Below, piece by piece: positions 58,699-64,000 of a stretch of DNA of 64,000 nt. The DNA is from Selaginella moellendorffii (taxonomy: Eukaryota; Plantae; Lycopodiophyta). The translations under genes were made by a program, and so were the position numbers. The DNA lies in the NCBI RefSeq assembly GCF_000143415.4, contig NW_003314324.1, positions 410,011 through 474,010 of the forward strand, given 5' to 3'. Position 1 is the stretch's first letter, and each line of letters starts with the position of its first letter. Below the pieces are notes generated by a model, which saw only the letters and a list, made by a program, of their open reading frames with translations, made no database searches and was not told the DNA's origin.

Positions 58699-61600
58699 GG
58701 CTTAGACCTAAGCCAGATGCAAAACAAGGAGCGACACAGCCTAGCGGGAGCCAAACTAATGTCTCTGGTGGTCGGACATGCATTCCAACCACTATCCCTA
58801 CTATACATTTGGTATTAGAGAAATTGTCTTAGCGATTTCTATCCAACTTTTATCGGATTTCCTGACTCAAGTTGCATACACAAAGACTCTTCTAGTAGAT
58901 CCAAAGCAACCTATGTAGGATTAGTGGGATTGCACCATTTGGTAAGAACGTTGTATGCATATTCAATTACTGATAGAGGCATGCATGTAGCTAGCGAGAT
59001 GGTGAAAAGGAACCGTGTTGATGATGTTGAAACCTCTAGGCGGGTGAATCGAGAGGAGGAAACTCTTGCCAGAGATGCTGTGGAAGAGGCTGAGGCCGAG
59101 TCAAAAGAGGAAGAGCCAGATGCTGCGACATTGCAGTGTACAGCTCAAGAAATTGAGACGAAGGCACAATTGAAAAAGGAGAACAAGAAGAGGAGGAAAG
59201 AAGCTGAGGTAGCTAAACCAGCTAAACCTAAGCAACTAGACTCCTCTTCAAGTTCTAAGGATGATGAAGTTCTGTAGCCGCCCCTGGTTGCACAAGTTTC
59301 AAAGTTCAAGCCTTTGAAACCATCCAATTTCAAAAGTATGCGGGACTATCAAGTTTTGGAAGACTGGGTCTACGATATGGAAAACTATTTCATAGCGGTA
59401 GATATAGATGATCGTAAGAAAGTTGTGTGCGCACAACCCTTTCTCACCGATCATGCCAAAACTTGGTGGCGCTATGTGTGTGCTGAAAAAGGGCAGACTA
59501 GAAGTTGGACCGAGATGCAATCTCGTATCCGTAAGGAATACTTGCCGGATGATCTTGGTTTGAGACTTTGCACGGAGCTGTGGCAGTTAAAGTAGCGAGG
59601 GGACCTTATGCATTATGTTAATGTGTTTGCTCAGAAGCATATTATGATTGCAAATATGAGTGACGAAGATGCTTGGAGTTATTTCCTGGAGGGTTTAAGT
59701 TCACTTTCTCGCAATGAGATTTTGAAGTTTAAGCCAAAGACGTACCTGCAATGTAAGGAGGCAGCACAGCAAGTTGCCTTTAGCCATTCACTCATGGAAC
59801 AATATCAGCAGCTATATGTTGGTACCTCAAACAAAAATAAGAATTCTGGGAATAAACAAGGTGATCAGAAATAGAGGGTAGAAGGTAGGTTTTGCCCTGA
59901 GAGCTCACAAGCAATGGTTAATAGGTGGTGGTGGTTGGAGATCATCAATAGCTTCTTCTGGTCCTAGGCCCTCTATTCCTCCTCCTGGTGTGTACAAGTA
60001 ACAACTTGTAAAACCTGCTCCTAGCAGAACAAGTAATGTGGGTCATTGCTTCTATTGTGGAGAGTAAGGACATAGGTCCTCGGAATGTCCCAACAAGCAT
60101 AAGACGAGGTTTCATGTTAATGTCATGAGGGGAGACGGTGGTGGCGAAAGTGAAAGTGTTAACAAGTTGGTCAATGCAGACTATGAGGAAGAGGAGGTGA
60201 GTTACTTTCATTGCTTTCTTTAAGCTTTTCTCGCAGTCAATGCAAACACTGATCTGTTGATGTATCTAGTAGGCTTTGTCCGCGGACACCGAATCCGAGT
60301 GATGATTGACACGGGAGCTATGCATAGCGTGATATCCAAAGACTTAATTAAGTTGTTAGAATTGAATGCTGAGCACAAGTAGCCAGAAAATTTGTGAGTG
60401 ATGTTCCAATAAAAATATCCAAGTGGAAAGAAAGAGTGCACTTGGTAGTGTTGAAGATACCAGATTTTCAGATGGTGTTTGGTATGGATTTCTTCAACAA
60501 ATATATAAAAAGGATTTATGGTGCTAAACAAAGTTGCATCACATTGAAGTCAGAAGGATGTCTTGATGTGTCCTTCTAGTTGCAAAAGTGCTCCTTAAAG
60601 GATTGGGATGCTAAGTTCTTGATTGTGAGAGCCGCTCAAAAATCAGCTAAGAAGGGATGTTAGACCTTTTGGGTTCAAGTGATGGAAGCTGAGGGTGTTG
60701 GAGACTCGGTTTGAATTAGTGATGGGGTTGATCCTATACCAAAGAAGATATTGGAGCTGTTGGTACAAAATCAGGATATCTTTCCGAAGGATTTGCTGCC
60801 AAGGCTACCTCCTAGCCGTGAAGTTGATCATCAGATTGAGGTCATTCCACACCACCTACAAAGGCTCCATATCGCTTAAACATCAAGGAGATGGTTGAAC
60901 TCAAGAAGCAACTCACGGAGCTTCTTTGATAAAGGTCATATCCGACCAAGCAAGTCACCTTATGGAGTGTTGATCTTTTTTGTTATGAAAAATGATGGAA
61001 TCATGAGGATGTGTATCAACTATCGGGCACTCAATAAGATCATGGTAAAAAATAATTATCCTTTGCCTCGCATTGATGACTTGTTTGACTAACTCTTAAA
61101 GGCTAAGTATGTTATGTGACTTGATTTGCAGTCTGGGTATCATCAGATACGGGTGGCAGATCAGGATGTGGAGAAGATAGCCTTTAAGACTCGATATAGA
61201 TTTTATGAGTTCTTTGTAATGCCGTTTGGGTTATGCAATGCTCCGGCAACGTTCAACACTATGATGGATAGGATATTCGGAGATTATTTGGACACATTTG
61301 TTGTCCTATATATCGGCAATATTTTAGTCTTTAGTGAAACATTGGAGGATCATTTGAAACACTTGGAGCTAGTGTTTTAGCAGTTGCGCAAACACAAACT
61401 ATATGCTAAGGAAAGTAAATGTGCTTTTGGACAATTGCACATAAACTTTCTTGGACATATAGTTGGTGGTGGCGTAATTGAGGTGGATCTAAAGAAGTTG
61501 GAAGTGGTGAAGTCCTGACCAATGTATCAAATGTTCGTTCCTTTCTTGGTTTGGCAGGATATTATTGCAAGTTTCTTCGCAATTTTGCAAGAATTGCTCT

Positions 61601-63900
61601 TCCATTGACTGAGTTGACAAAGAGTAGTATTTTGTTTCATTGAACACCAGCTTGTTAGTATACTTTTGTACGGTTGAAGGAGATCTTTACTACGGTTTCT
61701 ATTCTTAGGATCCTAGATCTTGATAAACCCTTTGAAGTGCATTGTGATACATTTGGCTATGCTATTAGTGCCATGTTGTAGCAAGATTGTGACGAAGCTG
61801 TTGGTGTTACACTAAGGTGATATAGTTGTCCCATTGCGTTTTATTCCAAGAAATTGGATGAAACTCAACAAAGATGGCCAACACATGAAAAAGAGATGTT
61901 TGCTATAGTGTCGGCATTGGAACACTAGAGACACTACATGGGTGGACATACCATGGTTTATACAGATAATAACACACTAAGCTACTTTGCTATACAGCCT
62001 AAGTTTACGCTGAAGCAGGCTCGTTAGCAAGAAAAGCTTGCTAGATATGATATTGAAATCATATATAAACCTGGTAAAGACAATATTATTCCAGATGCAT
62101 TAAGTCGTCAGGCTCAGTTCCGGGCAATATCGGCAATTAGTTTGGACTGGTTGGAGGATGTTCAGACTTCGTATGGAAATGATCCGTTAGCGAAGGCAAT
62201 CTTGCACCATGCGAAGTTGTCGAAGAAGAACCCTAGTAGAAGTTGCTAGTCGAACCAATGTGAAGTTTCACTTCTCAGTTCGGGATGGACTTATATTCTA
62301 TAAGCAAGAAAGATTGTATCTTCCCCATAAGGATCTACAGCAGTTATGGTGGAAAGCAAAAGACTCTAGCTTTGTTGAAAACAGGGATTTTTCTGGTCTG
62401 GTATGGAAGGTGATGTAGTGGACTATATCCGTTCCTGCCCTATATGCTAGTAATGTAAGTGCAGAACTGAGAAGCAGGCTAGAAAGTTGCAGTGCATTCC
62501 AACACCAACATGGCCATTTCAAAGTGTGACACTTGATTTTGTCACTTGCTTGCCAAAGTCTAAGGGTTATGATACTTTGATGGTGGTAGTGGATCAGTTG
62601 TCGAAGATTGCACACTTCATTCCAACTGTGGAAACAATGAATGCGAAATAAGTAGCAAAGCTCTTTTTCCATGAAGTAGTGTGGGTTTGTGGTCTTCCTG
62701 AAGAGATGATCTCGGATAGAGATTCAAGATTTACAAGGAAGTTTTGGGGCACACTATTCCAGTTGTTTGGTACCAAGTTGAAGTTTAGTACGGCTTATCA
62801 TCTTTAAACTGATGGGCAGACCAAATGCGTGAATGCTCAAATTGAGGATTATCTGCGGTACTATGTCGTGGTGGACTAACGCAACTGGGTTGAGCATTTG
62901 GACACAGCAAAAATCTATTATAACAACATATTTCACAGTGCTATAGGATGTTCTCTATGGGAGATGCTGCAAGAGAATGCTCATGAGGTGCCTCAACAGA
63001 TTGTTATACCGAAACCAATGTCCAAAGTGTTGGTCCCAGCTGTTGAGACTTATGCGGAGCAGCTACGCCAAGGGTGGTCTAGAGCTACTAAGGCAATGGG
63101 CAAAGCTCAGGATAAGGTATCGATGTGATAAGGATCAGCATCATCAGGTTGTATCTTATCAAGTGGGAGATTAGGTGTGGCTATATTCCTAGAACTTGAA
63201 CATTAAGGGATCTTTATCTCGGAAGCTGTTACTGAGATATGTTGGACCCTATCAGGTATTGAAGCGGGTTGGTGATGTATCCTATAAGTTGGATCTTCCA
63301 AATGAGTTGTCCTATTTACATGATGTGTTTCATGTTAGTTTATTGGCACCATATCATGCTGTTGTGGAACGCTCTATGGACATTCGTCCTCCACTAGTGA
63401 TCATTGATGGTGAACTTGAGTATGAAGTTGAGTCTATCTTGGATTCTCAGTTTCGGAGACAAGCTCGTGCGAAGGAATATTTAGTTAAGTGGAAAGGTTA
63501 CCCGACTTGTGAATCAATTTGGGAACCTCTTAGGAATCTTACACATGCTCGTGAGCTTGTCACGGCATATGAGAATCGTAATAAAGACTAACTTAAATCT
63601 TGTCAATCTTGTAATAAATCTTGCAAATTAATAAAGTAATATATTTCTATAAATCAAAGTTTCATCTCTCTTGTTCGTTAGCACTTGGGTCAATATTGGC
63701 AAATTGACTTTGGCACTTCGGTGCATGGGTCCAATCCATAACTATGGGGATAACTATTATAGACTGATCACAAATCCCTGCCTCTCTCTCAATGACTCAT
63801 TTTTGAAAAAGGGGCATGGTTGTGTAAACAACTTCATCTGCCAGTTTATATTAGTTGTCTAAATCTTCCCGACGGGGTTGATTTCTTGCTTAGGGGAAGT
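58699..63900 (+). mobile_element. Decayed chromoviral Ty3/gypsy element (Tcn1/Galadriel-like chromodomain)
   Basis: LTR remnant ending TACA plus PBS TGGTATTAGAG (about 58810). It has gag, [22 protein letters not shown] and INT. Chromodomain EYEVESILD..EYLVKWKGY...WEP lies at about 63418-63570. The 3' LTR was not resolved. Confidence 0.85.
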
Positions 63901-64000
63901 TGGGCCTCTGGCCTTCTCCCTATGTCCCTATGGTTAGGGATGTATCATTCCTTTGTAAGTCGAGTGGTACTTGGAGCAGCAAGGGTGGCTAACTCCATTA

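Noticed and set aside
63901-64000. 3' LTR of the chromovirus
   Set aside because: It does not match the 58699-58807 remnant within the window, so it cannot be delimited.

Overview
Eukaryotic plant nuclear DNA, most likely a lycophyte such as Selaginella. This is inferred from the 50-70 nt GT-AG introns, the short-motif PPR genes and the LRR style. The window is a retrotransposon-riddled tandem segmental duplication. The repeated unit is [LRR fragment]-PPR1(+)-Lnt-like N-acyltransferase(-)-PPR2(+)-divergent pair of tiny Met-Cys/Gly-rich genes-5'-truncated calnexin(-). It occurs about three times (about 14.3-37.5, 38.9-45.0 and 45.6-55.8 kb) plus a PPR1 relic, and only copy 1 keeps intact PPR1, Lnt-like and PPR2 genes. 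LRR pseudogenes lie at the left end. Mobile elements: (1) a Ty3/gypsy element with an extra 5' ORF and an inverted nested piece of its own family; (2) three insertions of a short-LTR, 4-bp-TSD gypsy family with a -1 frameshift pseudoknot; (3) a 7.5-kb non-coding LARD with minisatellite LTRs; (4) a 5S-carrying Cassandra TRIM; (5) a truncated short-LTR element; (6) a decayed chromovirus. The most interesting observations are the intron-containing bacterial-type Lnt-like gene co-duplicated with Met-Cys microproteins, the frameshift pseudoknot, the recurrent insertion site upstream of the Lnt-like gene, and the self-inverted retroelement. All coordinates and difference counts were read by eye.
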